Source: an uncultured delta proteobacterium (GTDB lineage: Bacteria; Myxococcota_A; Polyangia; Haliangiales; Haliangiaceae). Taken from it: a DNA stretch of 64,000 bases. The stretch is taken from contig CAWKDB010000010.1 of the NCBI GenBank assembly GCA_963848295.1, positions 1,152,001 through 1,216,000 of the forward strand, written 5' to 3'. Below the pieces are notes generated by a model. The model had not been told where the DNA came from and did no database searches. It saw nothing but the letters and a program-made list of their open reading frames with translations. Below, in pieces: positions 33,712 to 44,174 of this stretch; position 1 is the first letter of the stretch; each line of letters opens with the position of its first letter. Position numbers and translations under genes: made by a program.

Positions 33712-34821
33712 ATGATTCGACTCGCCGTGATCGTCGTCGCCGCATGCGGATCCTCCGCGGCCACGCCGCCGGCGACGCAACCGCGCACGCCGTGGGAACG
33801 CCCGATCGACGCCGAAAAAGCGGTCATCGCCGCGAAGGCGAGCAAGGCGCTCGCGTGTCTCGTTCGCCCGCATCGGTCACCGATGTTGCCATCGTCCGAC
33901 GTCGCGCCCGAGCTAATCGGCGCGATGATCGAAGCGGAGGCCGCCGCGACCCCGCCGACCGACCGCGTGGTCGCGCGGGCGGTGAACGCCGACGCAATCG
34001 AATCGGCACGGCGACTGCTCGCGGCCGTGCGCGCCACCGGAGCGCACGTCGATGGGGGCATCGCGTCCGCGGTCGACCCGAGCGTGACCGTGCGGTCGCG
34101 ATCGATCGTGGACATCGAATTGCTCGTCCATGCCGGCCGCCGCGATGAGGCCGCGCGCGCCTACGCCGCGTACACCACGGAGATCCCGCCGACGAGCCTG
34201 CATCCACCGGCGACCGGGCTGAACGCGCTCGTCCTCGGCGCGCTCGGGCGAGTCGCCGACGCCCGCAAGTACATCGCGAGCGAACCGGCGACCGAGCGTG
34301 CGACGTCCGCCGAGCGCTTGATCCTCGGCGTGCTCCTCTCGGCCTCGCCGACGACCCACCTCGACGATGCGATCGCCGAGCTGTTGCACGACTCGGTCGG
34401 CGATCCCGAGGCGGCGGTCGTCCCACTCGCGTTGGCGATGAGCGCGATCCGCGGGCACGGTCTCGGCAGCCGCGCCCATCCGCTGCGCCACTTCATGCTC
34501 AGCTACATCACGAGCTCGAGTAATCGCAACATGCTCGCGATCGTCGCCGGCGAGGTGTTCGCGGCGGGCGATCAGACCGAGCAGGGCGAGGTCGACGCGC
34601 TGCTCCCGCGAAGCAGCGACTTCGCGCGCGCGCGCATCGCATGGGAGCGCGCGTACTACCGCGGCTCGTTCGCCGAAGCGCTCGCGATCGCGCGCGCCGA
34701 CACCAACGACGAGCGCCTCACCGACGAGCTCTATGCGCTGTGGGCCCGCGCCGCTGTCGAGGGCGACGATCCGGCGGCGATGCATGCGATCGACGAGTTG
34801 GCCTGCGCGCCGCCTCGCTGA
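33712..34821 (+). CDS. Helical lipoprotein of unknown function
   Basis: Lipobox VAAC-G, Ala-rich helical body. Confidence 0.65.
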   Translation: MIRLAVIVVAACGSSAATPPATQPRTPWERPIDAEKAVIAAKASKALACLVRPHRSPMLPSSDVAPELIGAMIEAEAAATPPTDRVVARAVNADAIESARRLLAAVRATGAHVDGGIASAVDPSVTVRSRSIVDIELLVHAGRRDEAARAYAAYTTEIPPTSLHPPATGLNALVLGALGRVADARKYIASEPATERATSAERLILGVLLSASPTTHLDDAIAELLHDSVGDPEAAVVPLALAMSAIRGHGLGSRAHPLRHFMLSYITSSSNRNMLAIVAGEVFAAGDQTEQGEVDALLPRSSDFARARIAWERAYYRGSFAEALAIARADTNDERLTDELYALWARAAVEGDDPAAMHAIDELACAPPR

Positions 34822-34844
34822 CCGGTTCGTGGTAGACCACGATC

Positions 34845-35108
34845 ATGCCCACGCCGGCGATCATCGAACGGATGCGCGAGCTCCACCGGGAGCTCGGTGA
34901 GACGCAGCCGACCCCCGCGACCGCCGAAGAGCTCGCGCGCATCAAGCAGCAGGTCGACACGATCATGGTCCGGCCGGATCACGTGCCGCAGTATAAAGGG
35001 CTGAGCGACCGCCTGCTGTTCGCGTACGTCGGGTTCCAGATCGACCACCCGAAGCTCGCCGGGCTGATGCAGGGCGTCGCGACGTCGCTGAGCAACGCCG
35101 GCATCTAG
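34845..35108 (+). CDS. DUF4404-like protein
   Basis: 87 aa, LHREL, F..DHPKLA.......LSNAGI terminus. Confidence 0.75.
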   Translation: MPTPAIIERMRELHRELGETQPTPATAEELARIKQQVDTIMVRPDHVPQYKGLSDRLLFAYVGFQIDHPKLAGLMQGVATSLSNAGI

Positions 35109-35153
35109 CCGCCGCATCCCGAGTCAGGATTTCGGCTGTGGCCGCGTGGCAAG

Positions 35154-36890
35154 ATGATCGAACCACCTCAACAACCGACCGACGTCCTCGCGCCGATCGC
35201 GCTAGAACGCGCGCGGATCATGTCGCCGGCGGTGCTGCTCGCGATGGTCGTGTGGGCGGGGATCGTCATCGCCAGGGGGCGTATGACCAATGCGCTTGCC
35301 GGCCTCGAGGTCGCGCTGTGCACCGGCGTGATCGCGATCGTCTTCGTGTCGCGGCTGGAGGTCGGTCGACGCTGGGCCCACGCGTTGTGCGCGGCGCTGT
35401 GGTGGGCCCCGGTGACGTTCACGCTCGCCGCGGCATACGCGTCACCCCAACCGCTCGCGGGGCTGCTGCTGCCGCTCGAGATCATCGGTACGGTCGTGTT
35501 GCTCGACACCCGCTCGGTCGTGGGGTCGTTGCTTCTAACGCTCGCGATCTGGATTCCGCTCGCCGTGCGCGGCGACGACGGACCGATCTACATCATGACT
35601 GCGGTGACGGCCGTGGCGTTCGCGATCACGATGCAGATCCTGATGCGCCGCGCGATCCTCCGCGAAGTCATGACCGCGGCCTCGCTTCAGTTTCAGCTCG
35701 CCGAACGGATGAGACTCGAACAGCAGCTGCTTCATTCGCAGCGACTCGAGGCGGTCGGCACGCTCGCTGCCGGCCTCGCGCACGACATGAACAACGTGCT
35801 GGCGGCGATCACCAGCTTCGCGGGCAGCCTCGACGACGAGATCCGTTCGGACAAGGGTCGCGCCGACCTCGATCAGATCGTCGCGCAGTCGTTGCGTGGC
35901 GCCGAGCTCACGCGCGGCTTACTCGCGTTCAGCCGGCGCGGGCAGTACCGCAAGCAGACGATCAGAGTCGACGACATCGCGCGCGAGGTGTTGCCGATGC
36001 TCGAGCGAACGCTTCCCCGTTCGATCACGCTGCAACACGAGCTGAACGGTGCCAAGGTGTGTGTCGAAGGCGATCCGATCCAGCTCGGGCAAGCGCTGAT
36101 CAACCTCGGGCTCAACGCCGCGGATGCGATGGACGGTCACGGAACGCTCATGATCGCGACGAGCATCGTCGAGCTCGATCAGGACGCGGCGACGGCCCTC
36201 GCGATACCGGCGGGGCGCTACGCGCGGCTACGCGTGTCGGACACCGGCCGCGGCATGGACGAAGCGACCCGGTCGCGCGTGTTCGAGCCGTTCTTCACGA
36301 CCAAGCCTGGCGGCACGGGCAGCGGCCTCGGACTTTCGGCTGCGTGGGGGATCGCGCAAGCACACGACGGCACGATCAGCGTCGAATCGACCCGAGGCGA
36401 AGGCTCGGCGTTCTATATCTACGTCCCGGCGACCGCGGCGACGATCCCATCTCGAGCGTTGCCGGTCATCGAGCGCTCGCTCCGGATCGAGAAGGTCGGG
36501 ACGGTCCTGATCGCCGATGACGAGCCGGCGGTGCGAGCGGGGACCGCGCGGATCCTCGAACGGATGGGGTTATCGGCGATCCAGGCGTGCAACGGCGAGG
36601 AGGCGCTCGTCCAGTACCAGGATCATGCTGCGGTGATCGAGCTCGTCATCCTCGACATGGGGATGCCCGTCATGGGCGGCGCCGAGTGTTTTCGCAGACT
36701 CCGAGAAGCGAGCGCGGTCCCGGTGTTGATCGCGACGGGTTACGCGATCGACACCGATGTTCAGGACATGATCGCGCGCGGTGCCTCGCTGATCGAGAAA
36801 CCGTATCCGTCGAACGCCCTGGTCCGCGAGGTCACGCGGATCCTCGAGATCGCCAAGGCCGCCAAGCAGTCACCGCCGCGGTCGATCTGA
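35154..36890 (+). CDS. Membrane hybrid histidine kinase/response regulator (CckA-like)
   Basis: About 6 TM, HSQRLEAVG.LA.G.AHD.NN, NA.DAM, DTG.GM, FEPFFTTK, G.GLGL, receiver DDE...LD..MP...KP. Confidence 0.92.
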   Translation: MIEPPQQPTDVLAPIALERARIMSPAVLLAMVVWAGIVIARGRMTNALAGLEVALCTGVIAIVFVSRLEVGRRWAHALCAALWWAPVTFTLAAAYASPQPLAGLLLPLEIIGTVVLLDTRSVVGSLLLTLAIWIPLAVRGDDGPIYIMTAVTAVAFAITMQILMRRAILREVMTAASLQFQLAERMRLEQQLLHSQRLEAVGTLAAGLAHDMNNVLAAITSFAGSLDDEIRSDKGRADLDQIVAQSLRGAELTRGLLAFSRRGQYRKQTIRVDDIAREVLPMLERTLPRSITLQHELNGAKVCVEGDPIQLGQALINLGLNAADAMDGHGTLMIATSIVELDQDAATALAIPAGRYARLRVSDTGRGMDEATRSRVFEPFFTTKPGGTGSGLGLSAAWGIAQAHDGTISVESTRGEGSAFYIYVPATAATIPSRALPVIERSLRIEKVGTVLIADDEPAVRAGTARILERMGLSAIQACNGEEALVQYQDHAAVIELVILDMGMPVMGGAECFRRLREASAVPVLIATGYAIDTDVQDMIARGASLIEKPYPSNALVREVTRILEIAKAAKQSPPRSI

Positions 36891-37131
36891 TCAGCCCGCA
36901 AGCCGCGTCACGGCCGGAACGGCTGCTCGTCTTTGCCAAACCCGGAACTGCCGTTCGAGCGACCCGAAGCTTCCGCCTGCTATTCGGTAGAGGTTCGACG
37001 CGATCTTGCCGAGCCGCCACTGAATCGCGTGCGTGCAGGCGCATCGAAGCGCTACGACGTGATGTCGTCGTTGTATCGCAAGGGATCGACATCAACATCG
37101 TCCTCGTGTCCTGGTGACCTCGCCGTATCGC

Positions 37132-37848
37132 TCATGTACCGATCAGTTGCGCGAGCGGAGTGAGCGCGTTCGCCTGAACGTTCCTTTCGAGCGCCCACTT
37201 CGCCGTGTTCGGCACGCGTGCGCACCATCCGTCGCGAAACAAAAAGAAGAAGAAATCGAGCGCGTGGCCGCGAAGCTTCTGTGCCGCTTCGATCCATGCG
37301 GGCCACGCTCGATCGAGTTCGGCCAGTTGGAAGGAGAGCCGGTAACGGTAGCTGTACTTGTAACCGTCCGTCCTCGGTGGCGAATGATGGATGAGAAACC
37401 ACGGGTCCGGCGGTCGAGACGCGACGCGTTCGCCGAGGTGCCGAAGGAGCGGTTCGAACCTCGCCGCGGAGCCTTCGTGACTCTCGAGAAGTCTTTCGAG
37501 GTCGAGCGAGATGCTGACGACGTTCCTTCGTTCGCCCCCGGCGTCGCGAAACTCCCCGGCGATGTTGAGTTCGAACCCCGCTCGATCGATGCCCGAAAAC
37601 AAGGCCGCGATACGTTGCGTCCGTTGTTCTTCGGGCAACTGGACGTCCAACAACGCGTCGGTGCTCACACTAATCTGGATCATGAAGAACGGCCCACACT
37701 GACCATCGATGATCGCCAGATCTGGCCGATCACCACCGTCAACCTTTGTGTCCATTCGGAAGGTTACGCGTTCGCACATGCGCGTGGGACACCAGATCGC
37801 GCGAAACCGTCGGTCGATGAGGAAGTTCGTGTTCACGTCGTTCCCCAA
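37132..37848 (-). CDS. Hypothetical protein in low-GC segment (possibly foreign or degenerate)
   Basis: 238-codon ORF with protein-like composition but atypical codon usage; RPDLAIID segment. Confidence 0.4.
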   Translation of the reverse strand: MGNDVNTNFLIDRRFRAIWCPTRMCERVTFRMDTKVDGGDRPDLAIIDGQCGPFFMIQISVSTDALLDVQLPEEQRTQRIAALFSGIDRAGFELNIAGEFRDAGGERRNVVSISLDLERLLESHEGSAARFEPLLRHLGERVASRPPDPWFLIHHSPPRTDGYKYSYRYRLSFQLAELDRAWPAWIEAAQKLRGHALDFFFFLFRDGWCARVPNTAKWALERNVQANALTPLAQLIGT

Positions 37849-37945
37849 GCAGATGGCTTTCTCTCCGTTCGAACAAGTCGATCAAATTTCGCCGCGCCCG
37901 TTGCTGCTCGTCGCTGGGTCGAAGGCCGACACGCCACTCCAGTGA
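37838..37945 (+). pseudogene. Fragment of a YcjY-like alpha/beta hydrolase C-terminal region
   Basis: SFPKQMAFSPFEQVDQISPRPLLLVAGSKADT then early stop; no upstream hydrolase frame. Confidence 0.55.
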
Positions 37946-38076
37946 GAACGCCTGCGGTCGCGCGAAGGAGCCCCACCTCGTTGAAGCGATTTCTTCAAGG
38001 CTCATCTCGCGCAGCGCTAGCGACGAAACGGGTTCCTGGGCGCTCGTTTCAGATCGGGCGGTTGCGCGGAGAATAG

Positions 38077-39612
38077 TCAGCGCGGCGCCGCGGTCCACAC
38101 GACCGTCGCGATCGTTCGCTTCGCGACGTCGCCTCCGCGACCGCGTAGGACGAGTGTGATCCGGCGCTTGGTCGTCGTGCATGTGTCGGGGCCGTCCAGC
38201 GGATCGTCGTAGCGCGTGCACTCGGGCTGGAGCCCGGCGCGCTGCGCGTCGCCGACGGTCGAGCCAGGACCGACGCGTGTCCCAGCGATAACGAACCGCG
38301 GGTCGAGCAGCGTGACGTTACCCTCCTGGACGAGCTCGAGCACCCTCTTGCCGGCGACGTAGGCGTGGACCCAGCCGATGTCCGACGTGTTCGGGCCGAC
38401 CACGTCGAAGTCGCGCGCGAGTGCAAACCGCGCCGGCAACACGTCGGCGCGCCGCGCGATCGCGAGCGTGAGCGCGCCGATCGCGTCGTCGTCGATCGTC
38501 GGCCACGGTGACGGCGCGCGCGGCGCGGTCCACGTGATTGCGGTGACGCGCACGTCGTCGAACGGGCCGCGCAGCACGAAGTATGCGGGAAGGGGCAGGT
38601 TCGCAGCGATCGCGAGCTCAATTCGCGGCACCTCGGTAAGCCCGCACGTCGCGGTCATCCGATCGGATGCGGCCATGCACGCGGCAGTGTCGAGGACGGC
38701 TCCGGTCGCCGGGTCGGCGTGGCCGCGCTGCTCGCCGATCGCCACCGCGAGCGTGTGGCGGACCGACGGATGGAACACTGTCACGCGTACGGGCTTGCCG
38801 CCAGCGACGCTGACTTCGGCGACACGCGCACCGGCGTGCACGATCGCGAAGCCGTCAGCCGTCGCGGTCACCTCGAGCCGCGGCAGCGCGCGCGCAAGCG
38901 CGGCTGCGTCGATGCGTGCGAGCTCCGTGAAGGGATGGATCGCATCGCGATCGATGCGCAGCGCCGACGCGGCGACGACGTCGTCGCGCGGGATCGTGTT
39001 CGGGCGCAGCGCCATTGCGTCGGCCGTGCGCGAGCCGGTCTGGACGCGAACGCGCACCGACGTGATGCGGCGCTGATCGGACAGCGACGTCGGATTGCTG
39101 TGGACATCGCCGTCGAGGTGGATCGTCACCCCATCGCGCGATTCGCACGCGAGCTGCGCGGGCTCGGGCTCGGCGAGCGGGCTGATGTCGAGGTTGCACC
39201 ACGGGAAGCGCTCACGCAGCGCGGCGTCGTACGGCTGCCCGATCGCGACGTTGAGCTCGGTCGCGATCCGCGGCGATACTACATCGATCGTCTCGACGAA
39301 CCGCCACCCGCTGAGCGCGACCGCAAGCTTGCCGTCAAGCATGCCCGCCATACGGCCGCCGTTCGGCCCGTCGTGGAACGACCATGCCAGCTCGGGCAGC
39401 GCGGCTGCGATCGCCGTGCGATCGAAGATCGTGTCGCCGGTGATCGCGCCGAGCCCGCCGCGCGCGAGCGCCGGCCGCTTGCTCGGTGCCGCGGCGGGCG
39501 ATAGCCTGCGTCCGGGGGCCGGCATCGGCGTCGTCGCTTGCGCAGCCGACGTATCGCGGCGACCGTCGCACGCGACGACCGCGATCGCGACGACCGCGCC
39601 CCATGCGATCAC
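38077..39612 (-). CDS. Lipoprotein with three tandem YfeY/DUF1131-like domains
   Basis: Lipobox VVAC; three units with G.I..T, V.IG/VGPG, two Cys and ending RITSVRV / RVTAITW / TIATVVW. Confidence 0.65.
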   Translation of the reverse strand: MIAWGAVVAIAVVACDGRRDTSAAQATTPMPAPGRRLSPAAAPSKRPALARGGLGAITGDTIFDRTAIAAALPELAWSFHDGPNGGRMAGMLDGKLAVALSGWRFVETIDVVSPRIATELNVAIGQPYDAALRERFPWCNLDISPLAEPEPAQLACESRDGVTIHLDGDVHSNPTSLSDQRRITSVRVRVQTGSRTADAMALRPNTIPRDDVVAASALRIDRDAIHPFTELARIDAAALARALPRLEVTATADGFAIVHAGARVAEVSVAGGKPVRVTVFHPSVRHTLAVAIGEQRGHADPATGAVLDTAACMAASDRMTATCGLTEVPRIELAIAANLPLPAYFVLRGPFDDVRVTAITWTAPRAPSPWPTIDDDAIGALTLAIARRADVLPARFALARDFDVVGPNTSDIGWVHAYVAGKRVLELVQEGNVTLLDPRFVIAGTRVGPGSTVGDAQRAGLQPECTRYDDPLDGPDTCTTTKRRITLVLRGRGGDVAKRTIATVVWTAAPR

Positions 39613-39799
39613 GGTCCTCGCTCGCGCCCGTGCGGGCGAGAACGGTGAATTGGATCGCGCGATCGATTCTGCGACAGCCGAGCACAGGAGTCGGCCATAG
39701 TGGGGTCCGTCGTCGCGCGGCTCACAATCGCGAGCGAGCACACCGCCGACGTAGAGCCGATCTGATGCATCCGTCGACCCGATGCTCGCGCGGCGCGGC

Positions 39800-40147
39800 C
39801 GTGAAAGCTAGCTCTAAGCTCTCGCGAGCAGGCGTTGCGAGCAACGCCACCGCCCTGCTCGTCGAGGACCCGGGTGACGCCGAGGCGCGCAAGCTCCGCG
39901 ACGAGGTCAAGCGCATCGAGGCGCAGATCGCAGACGTCGGCGCGCCGCCAAGTCGCGATGCGATCGGCGCTGGCCTTCGCCGACTGCTGGACCAGCTCTC
40001 CGACAAACCGGAGATCGGGCGCGCTGCGCTCGTGCGCTGCGGTCTGCGCCTACGCGTCGCTGAGCGGCCGAACGGCGAGCACCGGTTCTGGCTCGTCGGC
40101 TCGATCGACCTCGGCGCCGTCGCCGGCGGATCGAGCGGAGGTTCTCT
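39800..40147 (+). pseudogene. Possible 3' remnant of a large serine recombinase
   Basis: Coiled-coil 'ARKLRDEVKRIEAQIA' then 'LRRLLDQL..KPE.GRAAL...LRV' ending GSSGG; no catalytic domain or clear start. Confidence 0.35.
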
Positions 40148-40444
40148 CTACGGTCGGAACGGCTGCTCGTCCTTGCCGCGCACCGGGTTCGCGAGCCGGC
40201 GCGCGACCGCGTCTTGCTCGTCCTTGGTCAGCCGGCGCACGTAGACGCCCGCCGCGTCGATGCTGCGCGCGCCGAAGAAGCCTTCGGACACCGCGTACTC
40301 GACCTCGATGATCATGTACGGGTCCTCGCCGATCCACATCAGCTCGTGCTTGCGCGGGATGCCGACCCACGACGACAGCGTGAACTTGTCGCGAGAGCCA
40401 TCCTCGTTGAGGACGACCATCGTGATGCGCTCGGTGGCGGTCAC
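40148..40444 (-). CDS. Small hypothetical protein
   Basis: GTG overlaps dapB TGA (GTGA); protein-like 98 aa. Confidence 0.65.
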   Translation of the reverse strand: MTATERITMVVLNEDGSRDKFTLSSWVGIPRKHELMWIGEDPYMIIEVEYAVSEGFFGARSIDAAGVYVRRLTKDEQDAVARRLANPVRGKDEQPFRP

Positions 40445-41229
40445 GAGGTGAACCCTAGCACGTCGAGCATCGTGTAGCGCCCCGGCGGTTTGCCGACGAC
40501 CCACGCGGCCGCGCGCAGTGCCCCCGCCGCGAAGATCGTACGAGACGAGGCGCGATGCCCGATCTCGATTCGCTCGGCCGGACCGAAGAAATATGCGACG
40601 TGCTCGCCGACGACGTCGCCACCCCGGACGGCAGATACGCCGATCTCGCCACGCGGCCGGGCACCGAGGTCGCCGTCGCGGCCGTGGCGCTTGACCCGAT
40701 CGTAGTCCGCGCCATGCCCGGCGGCGATCGCGCGTGCGATCGCGAGCGCGGTCCCCGACGGCGAGTCGCGCTTGCCGCGGTGATGCGCCTCGACCACTTC
40801 GGCGTCCCACTCCGGGCCGAGCACCTCGGAGGCCTTGCGCACGAGGCCGAGCAGCAAGTTCACGCCGAGCGAGAAGTTCGCGGCCACGACGACCGGAGCG
40901 ACGATCGAGAGCTCGGCGATCGCGGCATCGTCGACCGCCGCGAGCCCGGTCGTGCCGATCACCGCGGGCTTGCGCTGCGCGATCGCGGCGCGGGCGGCGA
41001 CGCGCGTCGCATCGGGCGCGGTGAAATCGACGTAGACATCGCTCGCCGCCAGGCCCGCGCCGAGGTCGGTGCTCGCGATCACGCCGCGCACCGCTTCGCC
41101 GCCGAGCCCGTGCGCGCCTTCGCGATCGACCGCGGCCGCGATCTGGACGTCGCTACGACCGGCGGCGGCGTCGAGCACGGCACGGCCCATGCGCCCGGAC
41201 GGCCCGAGGACGCAGACCCGAGCTGTCAC
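40441..41229 (-). CDS. dapB: 4-hydroxy-tetrahydrodipicolinate reductase
   Basis: [46 protein letters not shown]. Confidence 0.97.
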   Translation of the reverse strand: MTARVCVLGPSGRMGRAVLDAAAGRSDVQIAAAVDREGAHGLGGEAVRGVIASTDLGAGLAASDVYVDFTAPDATRVAARAAIAQRKPAVIGTTGLAAVDDAAIAELSIVAPVVVAANFSLGVNLLLGLVRKASEVLGPEWDAEVVEAHHRGKRDSPSGTALAIARAIAAGHGADYDRVKRHGRDGDLGARPRGEIGVSAVRGGDVVGEHVAYFFGPAERIEIGHRASSRTIFAAGALRAAAWVVGKPPGRYTMLDVLGFTS

Positions 41230-42113
41230 GCCAACGCCTGCGCGCGGAGCTCGGCGCGCAGTTGCTCGGTCAGCGCAGCGCTCGCGGCGACGAGCGGCAG
41301 CCGGACCTCGGGCGTGCAGCGCCCGAGCACGGCGAGCGCGGCCTTGGTCGGCGCGGGGCTCGGCTCCGCGAACAACAGGTTCATCAGGTGGCGCAGCTTG
41401 TAGTGTGCCTTGCGCGCGCGGTCCCAATCGCCGGCCTTCACCGCGTCCCACATCTCCGCCATGTCGTGCGGCGCGACGTTCGAGACCACCGAGATCACGC
41501 CCTTCGCGCCGAGCGCGTAGAGCGGAAACGCCGTGCCATCGTCGCCGGATAGCACCGAGATCTGCTGGCCGACGCGCGCGATCAGCTCGCCGCCTCGGAC
41601 GAGGTTACCGGTCGCGTCTTTGATCGCAACGATGTTGTCGATCTCGGCGAGCCGAGCGACGGTCTCGGTCAGCATGTCGCACGCCGTACGCGACGGCACG
41701 TTGTAGAGCACGATCGGCAGCTTCGTCGACTTCGCGATCGCCTCGAAGTGCCGGTACAACCCCTCCTGGCTCGGCCGGTTGTAGTACGGCGTGACGTGGA
41801 GCAGCGCATCGGCGCCCGCTTGCTCGGAGGCCTTGGTCAACACGAGCGCCTCGGCGGTCGCGTTGCCGCCGGCACCGGCGACGACCGGGACGCGCCCGCG
41901 CGCGGCCTTGACCATCGCGGCGATGACCGCGACGTGCTCGTCGACATCGAGCGTCGCGGATTCGCCGGTGGTGCCGACCGAGACGATGCCGTCGATGCCG
42001 TGCTCGATCTGCCAATCGACGAGCTTCCCGAGCGCGGTGAAGTCGACTTTACCGTCGGCGAACGGCGTCACGAGCGCGGTGAGACAGCCTTCGATCGGAG
42101 TCGGTTTCGGCAT
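41226..42113 (-). CDS. dapA: 4-hydroxy-tetrahydrodipicolinate synthase
   Basis: TALVTPF, GTTGES, PYYNRP, YNVPSRT, IKDATG, SGDD. Confidence 0.97.
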   Translation of the reverse strand: MPKPTPIEGCLTALVTPFADGKVDFTALGKLVDWQIEHGIDGIVSVGTTGESATLDVDEHVAVIAAMVKAARGRVPVVAGAGGNATAEALVLTKASEQAGADALLHVTPYYNRPSQEGLYRHFEAIAKSTKLPIVLYNVPSRTACDMLTETVARLAEIDNIVAIKDATGNLVRGGELIARVGQQISVLSGDDGTAFPLYALGAKGVISVVSNVAPHDMAEMWDAVKAGDWDRARKAHYKLRHLMNLLFAEPSPAPTKAALAVLGRCTPEVRLPLVAASAALTEQLRAELRAQALA

Positions 42114-42187
42114 GGAAATCCTAGGCACATAGCTACAACGCTTGAGGCAAAAATGCCATTCCACAAGGACTCGTGTACCGTCGGCAG

Positions 42188-43132
42188 ATGCGAGCAACCG
42201 TGGCGTTCGTGGTATCGGCGGTGGCGCTTGCCGCGTGCACTGACAGCATCTCGATCGACGACTTCGCTCAGAAATTCCGCGACGGGGAGTGCACCGCCGC
42301 GGTCTCGTGCGACGAGGTCCCCGACACCGCGACGTGCGACGCGTCGATCACCATCGGCGGCACCGACTTCGAAACCGTCGTCGCCGAGGTCAAGGCAGGC
42401 ACGGTGATCTACGACGGCGATGCAGCTGCTCGGTGCTTGGCGTTCCTGACCAACGACTCGTGTACGTTCACCGGCTTTCACGGTGGTCAGGACTGCGAGA
42501 GCATCTTCGAAGGCACGCTCGCGACAGGCGCGGCCTGCCTCGAGGACGAAGAGTGCAAAGGCTACAAGACCCAGACCGCGGACTGCGCCGAGACCGATGA
42601 CACGTGTGATCGGAGCACCGCGTGTTGCCCCGGCGTTTGCACCGCGGTTCCGCGGGCCGCGGCCGGGGCTTCGTGCGCCACCACCGACTGCGCGGACGGC
42701 CTGTACTGCTCGAACGTCGACCGGACGTGCAAGACGCTGGGCGCGACGGTCGGCGCCGCGTGCGAAGCGATCGATGGCTGCGAAGATCCGATGTACTGCA
42801 AGATCCCGGCGATGGGGCAAGCCGGCATGTGTGCCGACGCCGCCGCCGCTGGGGCGACGTGCGACCCGACCGCCAACGAGCCGTGCGTCGACGGCCACCA
42901 GTATTGCGACATGACGACGATGACGTGCACCAACAGGGCCGCAATCGGTAGCGCATGCTCCGACACCGTCCCGTGCGCCTACGACGCGAACTGCGACGGG
43001 ACTTCGAACACCTGCGTCGCCGTCCCCGGGCCGGGTGACGCGTGCACGACGACGACCGGATGCCTCGGCAGCCTGGACTGCACCAACTCGGTCTGCACCT
43101 TGCCGACCTCTACCACCACGACGTGCATGTAA
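42188..43132 (+). CDS. Cysteine-rich lipoprotein, paralog 1 (35 Cys)
   Basis: Lipobox LAAC, AG...YD...A..C domain, repeated G..C...C...YC...C modules. Confidence 0.9.
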   Translation: MRATVAFVVSAVALAACTDSISIDDFAQKFRDGECTAAVSCDEVPDTATCDASITIGGTDFETVVAEVKAGTVIYDGDAAARCLAFLTNDSCTFTGFHGGQDCESIFEGTLATGAACLEDEECKGYKTQTADCAETDDTCDRSTACCPGVCTAVPRAAAGASCATTDCADGLYCSNVDRTCKTLGATVGAACEAIDGCEDPMYCKIPAMGQAGMCADAAAAGATCDPTANEPCVDGHQYCDMTTMTCTNRAAIGSACSDTVPCAYDANCDGTSNTCVAVPGPGDACTTTTGCLGSLDCTNSVCTLPTSTTTTCM

Positions 43133-43176
43133 CTCCCATCTTGGGTCTGCAAACAAGCTCGTGTAGGGTCGGCCCC

Positions 43177-44139
43177 ATGAAGACCATCCTCGCGGGCCTG
43201 GTGCTCGCGGCGACCACAGTGGCGTGCGACGGCGGCGGCGGCGGCGGCATCGCTCTTAGTGATCTCGCCGCGAAGGTCGCTGCTGCGAACTGCGCGGGTC
43301 AGGTCGCGTGCGACGAGATGCCCGACGACGCGACGTGCGCGGCGACCGCGCATACCGACAACACGGAGCAAGAGACCCTGCTCGCCGAGGTCAAGGCCGG
43401 GACGGTGATCTACAACAGCTCGCTCGCGGCCCAGTGCATCGCGTTCTTGCAGGACACCTGCGAGTTCCAGGGCACGCACGTCGTGAACCCGTGCCTCGAG
43501 ATCTTCGACGGCACGCTCGCGGTCGGCTCGCCGTGTGAAGAAGACCAGCAATGCAAAGGCTTCAAGGCGCAGACCGCGAGCTGCGTCCAGACCGACGAGA
43601 CGTGCTCGCGAGTGAGCGCGTGCTGTCCGGGAATCTGCACCGCGGCGCCACCGCTCGCGGCCGCGGGTGCGAGCTGCGCCGAGACCGCCTGCGTCGCCGG
43701 CTACTATTGCGCACAGACGACCGAGATCTGCGAGCCGATCGTGACGACGGCGGGCGCGGCGTGCGACGGCTTCGACGGCTGCGCCGATCCGATGTACTGC
43801 AACGAGTCCGAGACCGGCACCGAGGTGTGCACGTTGGCCGCGGCGACCGGGCAAACGTGTGACCCGACGGCGCTGGCCCCATGCGCGAGCTCGAACGCCT
43901 ACTGCGACGAGACCAGCCTGCTGTGCACCGCGAAGGCTCTGCCCGGTGCCGCGTGCTCGGAGACCGTGCCGTGCGTCGGCGAGGCGAACTGTGACGTGAG
44001 TGGGCTGTGCGTCGCGATCCCGACCGAGGGCCAGGCCTGCTACACCGGCGGAGGCGTCGAGTGTCTCGGCGAGCTGACGTGCTCGGCGACGTCGGTCTGC
44101 ACGCTCGCGACCGCGATCATCACGACCTGTACGATGTAG
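43177..44139 (+). CDS. Cysteine-rich lipoprotein, paralog 2 (35 Cys)
   Basis: Lipobox TVAC, same Cys order as paralog 1. Confidence 0.9.
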   Translation: MKTILAGLVLAATTVACDGGGGGGIALSDLAAKVAAANCAGQVACDEMPDDATCAATAHTDNTEQETLLAEVKAGTVIYNSSLAAQCIAFLQDTCEFQGTHVVNPCLEIFDGTLAVGSPCEEDQQCKGFKAQTASCVQTDETCSRVSACCPGICTAAPPLAAAGASCAETACVAGYYCAQTTEICEPIVTTAGAACDGFDGCADPMYCNESETGTEVCTLAAATGQTCDPTALAPCASSNAYCDETSLLCTAKALPGAACSETVPCVGEANCDVSGLCVAIPTEGQACYTGGGVECLGELTCSATSVCTLATAIITTCTM

Positions 44140-44174
44140 CGCCGCGCGCGACGCGGCTCGTGTACCGTCGAGGG

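Larger units (their letters stand above)
42170..44170 (+). promoter_or_regulatory. Three copies of CTCGTGTA(CC/GG)GTCG, one before each Cys-rich gene (~42170, ~43158, ~44157)
   Basis: Each contains TG-TAnnnT 6-7 nt before the ATG with no clear SD: leaderless -10 promoter pattern. Confidence 0.7.
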
